A stretch of DNA of 64,000 nucleotides, from positions 1,217-65,216 of the forward strand of contig CALWJU010000041.1 in NCBI GenBank assembly GCA_944381105.1, read 5' to 3'. Position 1 is the first letter of the stretch. Each line of letters begins with the position of its first letter. Source of the DNA: an uncultured Clostridia bacterium (lineage in GTDB: Bacteria; Bacillota; Clostridia; Christensenellales; UBA1242). The position numbers were made by a program, and so were the translations under genes. Below, piece after piece: positions 40,309 to 49,407 of this stretch. Below the pieces are notes generated by a model, which saw only the letters and a list, made by a program, of their open reading frames with translations, did not search any database and was not told where the DNA came from.

Positions 40309-40336
40309 AAAAAAAGTTCGGCGTTATAACCGAACT
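40309..40336 (-). terminator. intrinsic terminator (second of two) between efp and spoIIIAA
   Basis: Minus-strand AGTTCGG-8 nt-CCGAACT followed by T7. Confidence 0.7.
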
Positions 40337-40432
40337 CTTTATATACGGAAAATAATATTTTTATTTTAATCTATTTTCTGTTTAATTTTATTCTCTGTCT
40401 AATTTTTAAAATTTTTTATAAATTAACCAAAT

Positions 40433-40469
40433 AAAAAAACACATTGAATAAATTCGATTAATCAATGTG
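40433..40469 (-). terminator. intrinsic terminator after efp
   Basis: Minus-strand CACATTGA-14 nt-TCAATGTG followed by T7. Confidence 0.65.
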
Positions 40470-40541
40470 ATCTGCTATTAATCTTTTTAAATTTTGTACT
40501 TATGAATTTAACTTAAAATCTTGTATTTATTGTGAGAATTG

Positions 40542-41102
40542 TTATTTAACACGTTCCATGTAACTTCCATCACGAGTATCAATTCTTATTCTATCCCCTA
40601 TATTAATGAAAAGAGGTACATTAAGTACATATCCTGTTTCAACTTTTGCTGGTTTAGTAGTTGATTTTGATGTATCGCCTTGTATTCCTGGCTCGCAATC
40701 AATGACTTCAAGTTCAACAAAATTTGGTGCGTAAACTGCAAATGGATTGCCTTTATAAAAATACATAGTGCAATTATCGTTTTCTTTGATAAAGTTGAGT
40801 GCGTCTTCTACGCTTTCTTTATTTAGAGGAATTTGATCATAAGTTTCAGTATCCATAAAATAATAGATGTCTCCATCATTGTAAAGATAGGTCATTTCTT
40901 TTTTCTCAATGACTGCTATTTGAAATTTATCAGATGGGTTGAAAGTTGTTTCCTTTACCTGACCTGTCATAACATTTTTTAATTTTGCCCTTACAAATGG
41001 TGAGCCTTTTCCTGGCTTAACATGTAAAAAATCAACGACAGAGTAAACTGCGCCATCCCATTCAAAAGTTGTTCCTTTTCTAAAATCTCCTGCAAATACC
41101 AT
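40542..41102 (-). CDS. efp: elongation factor P
   Basis: [17 protein letters not shown] loop with the modified-Lys context; 186 aa. Confidence 0.95.
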   Translation of the reverse strand: MVFAGDFRKGTTFEWDGAVYSVVDFLHVKPGKGSPFVRAKLKNVMTGQVKETTFNPSDKFQIAVIEKKEMTYLYNDGDIYYFMDTETYDQIPLNKESVEDALNFIKENDNCTMYFYKGNPFAVYAPNFVELEVIDCEPGIQGDTSKSTTKPAKVETGYVLNVPLFINIGDRIRIDTRDGSYMERVK

Positions 41103-41154
41103 AATTAATCTCCTTAAAGTAATTTCTAACTGTTATAGTTTACCATAATTTTTT

Positions 41155-42012
41155 TTATTTGTCTAGTATTTTTTGATATATTTTTTTCATAATTAGTGCA
41201 TCATGAGGCATCTTATCCATAGATTCGCAAATAACCCTAGGCGAAAGATTGTATTCGATTAATGTTTCTGCCAGAGGTTCAAATTCTGGACCGTAAATTA
41301 TATCATCGTAATTTAAATGTTTTATTTCCCCTTTTGCACCAAACTGTATCTTAGAAAAATGTATATGTGAATTATTTGTCCTGTCATAACCCAAAGTTTC
41401 AAGGCTGTAATCTAGTATCCTCTTAAAGTCGTCTTTTGTTTTTAATGAGCCTTGTTCCAAAGCGTTTATATGCCCAAAATCGAAAGTCGGCACGAGATGT
41501 GAGTTGACTTTACAAAGGTCTATAACCTCGTTGTATGTACCGATTTGCATAGTTTTTCCCATTGTTTCAGGACAAAGCAGAATACCATCTAATACGCCTT
41601 CATCATCCATTTTATTGAATGTTTCGTCAAAGTGTTTGTAAGTTAAGTCGAGTGCTTCCTCTCTTTTAAGTTTACCACAAGATGCTGGATGAAAAACAAG
41701 GCGGTCAGCACCGAAAGCCTTTAAAAATTTGATACCTGTATAAATGTAACCTTGTGATTTTTGATACATGACATCATCTGGGTTTGCAAAATTTATATAA
41801 AATGGAGCATGTAGTGATATCTTTATATCATACTCTTTAAATAACTCTCCTGCTCTTGTAGCAAGTTCGGTAGACATTTGATATCCATGCCCAAAAGAAT
41901 ACTCATAGGCGTCTAGTCCATAATTTTTTATCCATTTTGGAACATCCATTATAGATTTGTAACCCTGTTCATAAAATTCATCGCCACAGCCAGATGAACC
42001 AAATAATACCAT
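41155..42012 (-). CDS. endonuclease IV-like / xylose-isomerase-like TIM-barrel protein
   Basis: ISLHAPFYINFANP, LCPETMGK and FDFGHINA resemble the Nfo metal-binding motifs. Substrate unknown. Confidence 0.6.
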   Translation of the reverse strand: MVLFGSSGCGDEFYEQGYKSIMDVPKWIKNYGLDAYEYSFGHGYQMSTELATRAGELFKEYDIKISLHAPFYINFANPDDVMYQKSQGYIYTGIKFLKAFGADRLVFHPASCGKLKREEALDLTYKHFDETFNKMDDEGVLDGILLCPETMGKTMQIGTYNEVIDLCKVNSHLVPTFDFGHINALEQGSLKTKDDFKRILDYSLETLGYDRTNNSHIHFSKIQFGAKGEIKHLNYDDIIYGPEFEPLAETLIEYNLSPRVICESMDKMPHDALIMKKIYQKILDK

Positions 42013-42178
42013 TTTAATCTCCTTTTCAATTTTTCTCTAATGAACAAACTATAAAATTTAAAGAATAAATCTTATTAAAACTTTAATTATGTTCAAAACG
42101 ACTTTTCTTATATACATTAACTAAAAAGATTTTTTTAGAATTTGATTCTTTTTATCTATAAAAAAGAATTTTATAAAA

Positions 42179-43042
42179 CTATATAAGTCTTAACTTAAAT
42201 CTTAAATAGCCATTCTCTGCAATCGTCAAACCTAAAAATTCATTTTCATTATATGCTCTAAATTCTCCATTATTTTGACTAACTATATTATTACCATTTA
42301 ACAATCTTTGTGTCTCTTCGTTTGACAGATAAATTTTTTCATAATCATCCAAAACATCGTCAAGTTTAATTACTTTATAATTTCCTTTTTGAATATCCTC
42401 TAATGTATATGAGTCTTTAATATCAAACTTTCCACATTTAGTACGTTGTATATATAACATAATACCACATGTGCCTAAAAGTGTTGCCAAATCTCTACAT
42501 AGCGAACGTATATATGTTCCGCTTGAACAATGAATTTTAAATTTAAATGTGTTCTTTTCTATTTGAGAGATTAATTCTATTGAATAAACCTCTATCTCTT
42601 TTGCCTTTAAAGGTATATCCTTATAACCATCTCTTGCAAGGTCATAAGCCTTTTTCCCATTTATTTTCTTTGCTGAATATATAGGTGGCATTTGCAACTG
42701 CTTACCTACCAATTTTGGCAGAACATTTAAAATATCAGATTTTGTAATATTCACTTTTTTATCATTTTCTATTATCTCTCCTTCACAATCGAGTGTCAAG
42801 GAAGTTTGTCCAAACTTAAATATTGTTATGTATTCTTTATCCTTGTTTAAAAAATAGTCAAAAAGTTTAGTACCTTTTCCAAGTGTTATTGGCAAAAGCC
42901 CCTCTCCAAGTACGTCAAGAGTACCAAGATGCCCAGCCTTATCAGCGTTTAGGATATACTTTACCTTATTTACTACCTTATTTGATGAAATATTTCTTTC
43001 TTTATTTACAAGTATTATACCATTAATTTTCATTTTTCTCAC
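42179..43042 (-). CDS. truB: tRNA pseudouridine(55) synthase
   Basis: AGHLGTLDVLGEGLLPI catalytic motif; conserved position after rbfA/nrnA. Confidence 0.9.
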   Translation of the reverse strand: MRKMKINGIILVNKERNISSNKVVNKVKYILNADKAGHLGTLDVLGEGLLPITLGKGTKLFDYFLNKDKEYITIFKFGQTSLTLDCEGEIIENDKKVNITKSDILNVLPKLVGKQLQMPPIYSAKKINGKKAYDLARDGYKDIPLKAKEIEVYSIELISQIEKNTFKFKIHCSSGTYIRSLCRDLATLLGTCGIMLYIQRTKCGKFDIKDSYTLEDIQKGNYKVIKLDDVLDDYEKIYLSNEETQRLLNGNNIVSQNNGEFRAYNENEFLGLTIAENGYLRFKLRLI

Positions 43043-43994
43043 ATTGAATTTTACATTCTTTTATAATATCGTTTTTTAATTTTATAGCATTGTTTGTAAC
43101 TATTTTAGCACCAGATGCAGAAATATGACCGCCTCCGCCAAATTTAGTTGCAATTTCTTTAACATTATAGCCCAGTTTACCTCTCATAGATAGGCTGTAA
43201 TAGTCTGGATATTGCTCTATTAAACTAAATGATATCTTAGCCTCTTTGATAGTTAATAGTTTACTGCTAAAAAAATCACAATCTTCTTTAATCGCACCTA
43301 ATTCATTTAATTTTTTATGGGTTATTAAACAATAAGATATACCATTTTCTATTTTATAGTTATTTAATAAATACTTTTCAAGATCGATAATCTTCTTAGT
43401 TTTTGATTTGTATTCCAAGTCATTTATTCTTGTAATATCTGCACCTGCTTTTATGCACTTATATGCTACATAAAAAGAGTTTGCTGTTGTGTTTGTGTTT
43501 ATAAATGAATTTGTATCCCCTGTTAATCCTATAAATATAAGTGATGCTATTTTAGGCGAGAAATTTACCTTTAAAGTTTTAATTATGTTATAACAAATTT
43601 CACTACACGAACTATATTTTGACTGTCTATAAGTAAAATCTCCTTGGAGAAGATCGCTCGCATGATGGTCTATTACTATTTTTTTCTTAGCATTTAAGAA
43701 GATATCTTTAAAGTCTCCCAAAAGATTTGGTGATGATGTGTCAGTTGAAATCATTATGTCATATTTTTTATCTATAAACTCTTTTTTTATAGGATTTTCA
43801 ATGATTAAATCAATATAATGCTCCGTTATATCGTCTTTAAGATAAATATCAACCTCTTTTCCTAAATCTTTGCAAGCGTAGTAAAGTGATAACGAAGAGC
43901 CTATTGCATCTAGGTCAGGACTTTTGTGTGTGAAGATAGCAATTTTTCTAGCATTATTAATTTCATTTGCTAACTTTATCAATGTTGTACTCAT
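43023..43994 (-). CDS. nrnA: DHH-family phosphoesterase (NrnA-like oligoribonuclease/pAp phosphatase)
   Basis: HKSPDLDAIGSS, DHH and GGGH motifs. Confidence 0.85.
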   Translation of the reverse strand: MSTTLIKLANEINNARKIAIFTHKSPDLDAIGSSLSLYYACKDLGKEVDIYLKDDITEHYIDLIIENPIKKEFIDKKYDIMISTDTSSPNLLGDFKDIFLNAKKKIVIDHHASDLLQGDFTYRQSKYSSCSEICYNIIKTLKVNFSPKIASLIFIGLTGDTNSFINTNTTANSFYVAYKCIKAGADITRINDLEYKSKTKKIIDLEKYLLNNYKIENGISYCLITHKKLNELGAIKEDCDFFSSKLLTIKEAKISFSLIEQYPDYYSLSMRGKLGYNVKEIATKFGGGGHISASGAKIVTNNAIKLKNDIIKECKIQCEKNEN

Positions 43995-43997
43995 TAA

Positions 43998-44363
43998 TTA
44001 CTCCTCATCTTCTTCTTTTGGTATATTGAGAGTGCTAAGTATTTCATTTATTCTTTGCGTAGCCTTTGTACCTTTATCAAGAATAAATATAAGTTTTGGT
44101 ACTTGTGGCATTTTTACCATGTTGGCAAGTTCGTGCTTAATAAATCCCTCAGAATTTTGGAGTACCTTGATTATCTCATTTGCTTGACTTTCACTGTTAT
44201 AATCAAAGGAAATTTTAACCTTACATGTTTTAAAGTCTGGGGAAACGCTCGCCTCACTTACATAAAGCATCGGATCTATTCTAGGGTCATTTAACCTATT
44301 TTGTATAATATAACCAATGTTTTTTTGAATTTGACTATTTGCTCTTTCAAATCTTATAGACAT
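43998..44363 (-). CDS. rbfA: ribosome-binding factor A
   Basis: RANSQIQKNIGYII..L.DPRI, about 120 aa, downstream of infB. Confidence 0.9.
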   Translation of the reverse strand: MSIRFERANSQIQKNIGYIIQNRLNDPRIDPMLYVSEASVSPDFKTCKVKISFDYNSESQANEIIKVLQNSEGFIKHELANMVKMPQVPKLIFILDKGTKATQRINEILSTLNIPKEEDEE

Positions 44364-44383
44364 AAAAACTCCTCTATTTAAAT

Positions 44384-44409
44384 ATAGGGTAAGAAATTTC
44401 TTACCCTAT
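44384..44409. other. perfect 26-nt palindrome (11-bp stem hairpin) between infB and rbfA
   Basis: ATAGGGTAAGAAATTTCTTACCCTAT. No clear U-run on the coding strand. Confidence 0.6.
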
Positions 44410-44448
44410 TATTATACCTAATATTTTGTATTTTTCAAAATGAAAAGA

Positions 44449-46908
44449 CTATCTTTTTACAACTTCTTTTGAATAAAATTCAATAATGTCGCCCTCTTTA
44501 AAGTCTATACTATCTTTCAGTTTAACACCGCATTCAAAACCCTTATTTACTTCGGATTTTTCATCTTTTACAATCTTTAAGGACTCAACAGTTGTTTTAC
44601 CTATTTCATCATTTCCACGTTTAACAACAGCGATTGAATTGCGTGTTGCTTTTCCGTCTTTGATATAACATCCAGCAACCTTTCCAGCAGTAGAAAGTTT
44701 AAATACCATGCGTATTTCAGCACTACCAATATAAACTTCTTCATATTTTACACTAAGCATACCATTTATTGCATTTGTTATATCATCAACAACTTCATAT
44801 ATGATTTTATATTCTTTGATTTGCACTTTATTACTTTCAGCAAGAGTCTTTGCTTTTGCAACAGGTTTTTGATTAAAGCATATTATTATTGCACCTGTTG
44901 TTTGAGCAAGTATAACATCACTTTCAGTAACCGCACCTGCCCCACTATGAACTACATTAACTTTTGCTTCCTCATTTCTTATTGCAAGAAGTGAAGACTT
45001 TAACGCTTCAACTGAACCCATTGTATCAGCCTTAATAATAATGTTAAGATTTTTCAGATGTCCTTCATGAACCATATTCATAAAATTATCAAGAGTTACA
45101 CCAGAAGAATGTTCTGCTCTTTCCTTTTTAATCTTGTCTATTCTCTCTTGAATAACTTGTTTTGATAAAGTCTCTTCAACAGCATAAACCTCATCACCAG
45201 CAGATGGGACATCATTAAAGCCTAAAACTTCAACAGGTGTAGAAGGAAGTGCCTCTTTAACAGGTTTGCCCTTATCATTGAACATTGCTCTTACTTTACC
45301 ATAAGTTATACCTGACATGATTGAGTCGCCAACATGCAAAGTACCATTTTGTACTATAACAGAAGCAACAGGGCCTCTATTTTTATCTAGTTCAGCCTCG
45401 ATCACTACTGCGGTTGCCATTTTCTTTGGATTTGCCTTTAATTCTTGCATTTCACTTACAAGTAAAATTGTTTGTTTTAGTTCATCAAGTCCCATGCCTG
45501 TTTTTGCTGAAATTGGGACGCATATAGCATCACCACCCCATTCCTCTGGCAAAACACCATTTTCTGCCAGTTGTTGTTTAATTCTATCTGGATTAGCCTC
45601 AGGTTTATCCATCTTATTTATAGCAACAATAATAGGAACATTTGCTGCTTTTATATGGTTTATCGCTTCAATAGTTTGTGGCATAACGCCATCATCTGCT
45701 GCCACTACAAGAATAGCGATGTCGGTTGCCTTCGCACCTCTTGCTCTCATAGCAGTAAAGGCAGCATGCCCAGGAGTATCAATAAATGTTATTTTTTCAC
45801 CATTAAATGATATTTGATAAGCACCTATGCTCTGTGTTATACCACCTGCCTCGCCAGAAACAACGTTTGTCTTTCTGAAAGCGTCAAGAAGAGAAGTTTT
45901 ACCATGGTCGACATGCCCCATGACAGCAACAATTGGAGGACGTTTTACTAAATCTTTTTCGTCATCTTGACTTGATGCACTTTCAATAAGTTTTTCCTCG
46001 TATGATTTATCAATTTTTAGTTCGAGGGTAATACCAAAATCACTTGCAATGAGTTCTGCGGTCTCATAATCTATATTAGAATTTATTGTCGCCATAATTC
46101 CTAGCAACATAAGTTTTTTCACAATTTCAGTTACAGGTTTGCCTATTTTTTCACTGAAATCTTTTATTGATATTTCCTTTGCTGTGAGTACTGCATGTTT
46201 AATAGTAACTATATTTGTTGATTTTTGCTCTTTTTTCTTCTTTATATTTTTTCTTGATCCATATGATATTTCTTCAATACCGTCTTCATCTTCAACAAAT
46301 ATATTATTTCGTTTTTGTTCATCTCTTTTCTTTTGTACCTGTTTACGCTCGTCATTGTTAGAACGTTTTTGAGCATACTTTGCTTTGTTTGCATAATTTC
46401 TATCATTTTTTATTTCAATCTCAGGAGTGTCGTTTGCAAAAGAGCGGAAATTATTACCTTTTGCAGAGACAAAATTATTGTTACCAAATTTTTTATTTTG
46501 AGGGTTGTTTTTATTATTAAAAGGTTTATTGTCTTTTCTATCTTTATTAAAATTAGGCTTTACAGGTTTGTTGTTGTTTTTATTAAATTTGTTTTGCTCA
46601 TAACTCTTTTGTTGATTATTAGTCGCTTCAAACTTTTTGAAATTAGTCTTTGGTTGATTTTGGGTTGTAGAAAATCTAGGCTCAGATGTTTTGATCTCAA
46701 CCTTTATATCTTGTTTTTCTTCATGAGTCTGCTCAATCACTTTGTCAACTTTTTCAACTTCTAATTGTTTAATTCTATTTGAAAGTTCTTTACCAAAGTT
46801 ATCCACTTGCGACTTTGTATTTTTTATATCACGTAAAATTTGAGTTATTTCACCCTCTTTCTGTAACTCATGTATTTTTCTTAAATTTTGTAATGATTGA
46901 CTAGCCAA
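44449..46908 (-). CDS. infB: translation initiation factor IF-2
   Basis: G domain GHVDHGKTS, DTPGH and NKMD. Long low-complexity N-terminus. Confidence 0.95.
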   Translation of the reverse strand: MASQSLQNLRKIHELQKEGEITQILRDIKNTKSQVDNFGKELSNRIKQLEVEKVDKVIEQTHEEKQDIKVEIKTSEPRFSTTQNQPKTNFKKFEATNNQQKSYEQNKFNKNNNKPVKPNFNKDRKDNKPFNNKNNPQNKKFGNNNFVSAKGNNFRSFANDTPEIEIKNDRNYANKAKYAQKRSNNDERKQVQKKRDEQKRNNIFVEDEDGIEEISYGSRKNIKKKKEQKSTNIVTIKHAVLTAKEISIKDFSEKIGKPVTEIVKKLMLLGIMATINSNIDYETAELIASDFGITLELKIDKSYEEKLIESASSQDDEKDLVKRPPIVAVMGHVDHGKTSLLDAFRKTNVVSGEAGGITQSIGAYQISFNGEKITFIDTPGHAAFTAMRARGAKATDIAILVVAADDGVMPQTIEAINHIKAANVPIIVAINKMDKPEANPDRIKQQLAENGVLPEEWGGDAICVPISAKTGMGLDELKQTILLVSEMQELKANPKKMATAVVIEAELDKNRGPVASVIVQNGTLHVGDSIMSGITYGKVRAMFNDKGKPVKEALPSTPVEVLGFNDVPSAGDEVYAVEETLSKQVIQERIDKIKKERAEHSSGVTLDNFMNMVHEGHLKNLNIIIKADTMGSVEALKSSLLAIRNEEAKVNVVHSGAGAVTESDVILAQTTGAIIICFNQKPVAKAKTLAESNKVQIKEYKIIYEVVDDITNAINGMLSVKYEEVYIGSAEIRMVFKLSTAGKVAGCYIKDGKATRNSIAVVKRGNDEIGKTTVESLKIVKDEKSEVNKGFECGVKLKDSIDFKEGDIIEFYSKEVVKR

Positions 46909-47045
46909 TATTTACTCCTTTTAATTTTTAACTTATTTTATATTCGAAAGTTATCGCCAAGCGTGGTAAACACACATTAGACATTAACTTTTATTGATGA
47001 TATAATTAATTGTGCTTTTTTTGCCAAAGCTAAAATTTAAATTGT

Positions 47046-47339
47046 TTAATTTTTATCATCACACAGTTTACAAATAATTTCACTGAGATTTTTATTTTTT
47101 ATACCAATAATTTTACAATTATTGATATTCATAATGCTATCTAAACCGTCTAACTTCAACGTCGAAACGCCTCTTTCTTTTAATTTTTCTACAACTTTAA
47201 TAGTATTTTTCTTAGCAGTGCTATCAAATAGAGCAAGATATAATTTTTTATTGTAATTATATAATTTTTCTCCTCCAATTATAACAAAACCTGCTTTTTT
47301 TGCAATATTTAGATAGCCTATAATTTTTTCTCTATCCAA
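47046..47339 (-). CDS. ylxQ: L7Ae-family RNA-binding protein YlxQ
   Basis: LNIAKKAGFVIIGGEKL and conserved position between ylxR and infB. Confidence 0.85.
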   Translation of the reverse strand: MDREKIIGYLNIAKKAGFVIIGGEKLYNYNKKLYLALFDSTAKKNTIKVVEKLKERGVSTLKLDGLDSIMNINNCKIIGIKNKNLSEIICKLCDDKN

Positions 47340-47607
47340 GAATAACCCCTTTTAAACTCTGGTATACCTCTTCACTGACATTGCATTTAAAAGTCTTATT
47401 TAAGAGTTTTTGCTTGACAAGTTTTTCGTAACATTCCCTGTTTTTACAGATATACGCACCTCTACCATTTTTTTTACCGCTTTCATCTATGGTAATTACG
47501 CCCTCCTTGTCCTTAACAATTCTAAGCAATTCTTTTTTATCTTTCATATTTCGACATGCAATACACATTCTTAATTTATCCATTTCGCACCTATTCTTCA
47601 TCGTCAT
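47332..47607 (-). CDS. ylxR: YlxR/RnpM (DUF448) RNA-binding protein
   Basis: RMCIACRNMKDKKELLRIV ... GRGAYIC. The start may be a downstream ATG, because this ORF overlaps the nusA end. Confidence 0.85.
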   Translation of the reverse strand: MTMKNRCEMDKLRMCIACRNMKDKKELLRIVKDKEGVITIDESGKKNGRGAYICKNRECYEKLVKQKLLNKTFKCNVSEEVYQSLKGVILG

Positions 47608-48754
47608 TTAATGGAGAAATTTCTTCTAAATCTTCAAGTTCGCTTAGTCCGTCGAAGGCATCATCTTCACTTAACTCTGTTAATTCATATTCAGGTTCCT
47701 TAGTATGTTGGTTAGAGATTGAACTTTCTGGTTTAACCTCAATTTTCCAACCTGTTAGTCTTGCTGCAAGACGAACATTTTGTCCATTCTTTCCTATTGC
47801 AAGAGAAAGTTTATCGTCTGGAACAATTACTCTTGAAGAGTGGAGGCTATCATTTGTTTCTACGCTAATAACAGGTGAAGGACTTAAAGCCTTAGCAATA
47901 TATTCGAGTGGATCATCACTATATTCTATTAAATCTATTTTTTCACCATTTAGTTCAGCAGTAATTGTGTCAATTCTTTGACCATGAAAACCAACACATG
48001 TTCCAATTGGGTCTACATTTGGTCTGTCTGTATAGAGAGCGACCTTAGTTCGATTGCCAGCATCACGAGCAATATTTTTTATAACTATTTCGCCAGAAGC
48101 CACCTCAGGTATTTCTAATTCAAATAATTTTCTTACAAAACCTATATTGCTCCTTGTTACTTGGATTTGAGTTCCCTTAAAAGAGTCTTTTATCTTTTTA
48201 ACATAGACCTTTACTCTATCGCCTACATTAAATTTCTCTCCTGGTATTTGATCGGATGGGAGCATTACACCCTCTGTGTGCGTATTTGATAATTGAACAT
48301 ATACTGTACCATTATCAATTCTTTTCACAACAGTTGTCAAAAGTTCATCTTCTTTTTCAGAAAGTTCATCAAGGGCCATTTGCCTTTCCATTTCTTTTAA
48401 TTTTTGCATAACCACTTGTTTTGCTGTTTGTGCTGCAATGCGTCCGAAATCTTTTGTTGATTCTTCGGTTGTAACTATGTCTCCAACCTTAAAAGATTTC
48501 TTTATAAGTCTTGCTTCGGCAAGAGAAATTTCCTTATCTGGATCTTGCACTTCATCTACAACCGTTTTATAAGAATATATTTTGATTGTGGCTTTTTCTG
48601 GGTTAAGTTTTACCATAGCCGATTTTGCCTGACCATACATTTTCTTATACGCTGACGTAAGAGCGGTTTCAAGTGTAGATATAAATGCCTCCTTATTTAT
48701 TTTCTTTTCTGCTTCTAAATCTTCAAGTGCTTGAAAAAAATCTTTGTTTATCAT
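47591..48754 (-). CDS. nusA: transcription termination/antitermination factor NusA
   Basis: N-terminal domain, S1 and two KH domains (GKNGQNVRLA), acidic tail. Confidence 0.95.
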   Translation of the reverse strand: MINKDFFQALEDLEAEKKINKEAFISTLETALTSAYKKMYGQAKSAMVKLNPEKATIKIYSYKTVVDEVQDPDKEISLAEARLIKKSFKVGDIVTTEESTKDFGRIAAQTAKQVVMQKLKEMERQMALDELSEKEDELLTTVVKRIDNGTVYVQLSNTHTEGVMLPSDQIPGEKFNVGDRVKVYVKKIKDSFKGTQIQVTRSNIGFVRKLFELEIPEVASGEIVIKNIARDAGNRTKVALYTDRPNVDPIGTCVGFHGQRIDTITAELNGEKIDLIEYSDDPLEYIAKALSPSPVISVETNDSLHSSRVIVPDDKLSLAIGKNGQNVRLAARLTGWKIEVKPESSISNQHTKEPEYELTELSEDDAFDGLSELEDLEEISPLNDDEE

Positions 48755-48764
48755 GTTTAACTCC

Positions 48765-49238
48765 TTAAAATTTTATTATTGGCACAATATGTGCAATTTT
48801 GTCTCTTGTTATATTTAAAGTCTTGTCGTCTTTTTCAATGATTATTTCACTATCATTAAAATCTTTAAGCACGCCTTCAAATTTTTTCTTTCCATCAATT
48901 TTTGCAAATAATGTTATTTCAATTTCTTTCCCTGTATTGCGTTGAAAGTCCCTGTTAGTTTTTAGAGGTCTATCAAGACCTGGCGAACTAACACTTAAAA
49001 TATATGACGTATCGTCTGTTGGGTTAAGGTCCTCTAAAAGCCCATCAATCTCTTTGGATACTTTCTCGCAGTCCTCTATTTGAACACCACCCTCCTTATC
49101 GATATAGAAGGTCAAGTTCATACCGTCTGATTTTTTAGCGTATTCAACCTCTACCACCTCGTAGCCCATATTTTCTATAACAGGGACTACTTTTTCCTCA
49201 CATATAGTTTTTACTTTACTTGCCAAAATACCCTCCAT
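48765..49238 (-). CDS. rimP: ribosome maturation factor RimP
   Basis: MGYEVVEVEY..., SSPGLDRPL. The ORF-track start at 49268 lies inside the leader hairpin. ATG 49238 has no SD; an in-frame TTG at 49226 lies 5 nt after GGAGG and may be the true start. Confidence 0.85.
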   Translation of the reverse strand: MEGILASKVKTICEEKVVPVIENMGYEVVEVEYAKKSDGMNLTFYIDKEGGVQIEDCEKVSKEIDGLLEDLNPTDDTSYILSVSSPGLDRPLKTNRDFQRNTGKEIEITLFAKIDGKKKFEGVLKDFNDSEIIIEKDDKTLNITRDKIAHIVPIIKF

Positions 49239-49244
49239 TCTACG

Positions 49245-49279
49245 AAGTAGGGAGCGATGCAATTGCACGCTCCCTACTT
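49245..49279 (-). promoter_or_regulatory. GC-rich 12-bp-stem hairpin / 35-bp imperfect palindrome at the 5' end of the rimP-nusA-infB leader
   Basis: AAGTAGGGAGCG (49245-49256) pairs with CGCTCCCTACTT (49268-49279), and the loop contains TGCAATTGCA. Lies between the predicted TSS and the rimP start. Confidence 0.6.
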
Positions 49280-49293
49280 ACCAAGTCATCTAT

Positions 49294-49322
49294 ATTATAG
49301 CATACAAGAAAATAGAAATCAA
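49294..49322 (-). promoter_or_regulatory. promoter TTGATT-17-TATAAT (TG-extended) for the rimP-nusA operon
   Basis: Minus-strand TTGATT (49322-49317) and TGCTATAAT (49302-49294). Confidence 0.6.
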
Positions 49323-49407
49323 GTATAATTAATAATTTTTTTTATTTTTTATTAAATATTTTATTCCTATCAAATTTTTTTTGAAAATTATATTTAATTT
49401 TATTTAT

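Noticed and set aside
40227-40310. Sigma-E/sigma-G type sporulation promoter for spoIIIAA
   Set aside because: A CATAGATT element is present, but I could not find a convincingly spaced -35 (ATA-type) element by eye. The call would be a guess.
45317-46764. Antisense ORFs of 140-166 aa inside infB (45317-45817, 46315-46764), and similar ones in nusA (47556-47981) and spoIIIAE (37758-38180)
   Set aside because: All lie entirely inside well-supported conserved genes on the opposite strand. Their sequences are Ser/Phe/Ile-rich and low-complexity, and they lack translation signals.
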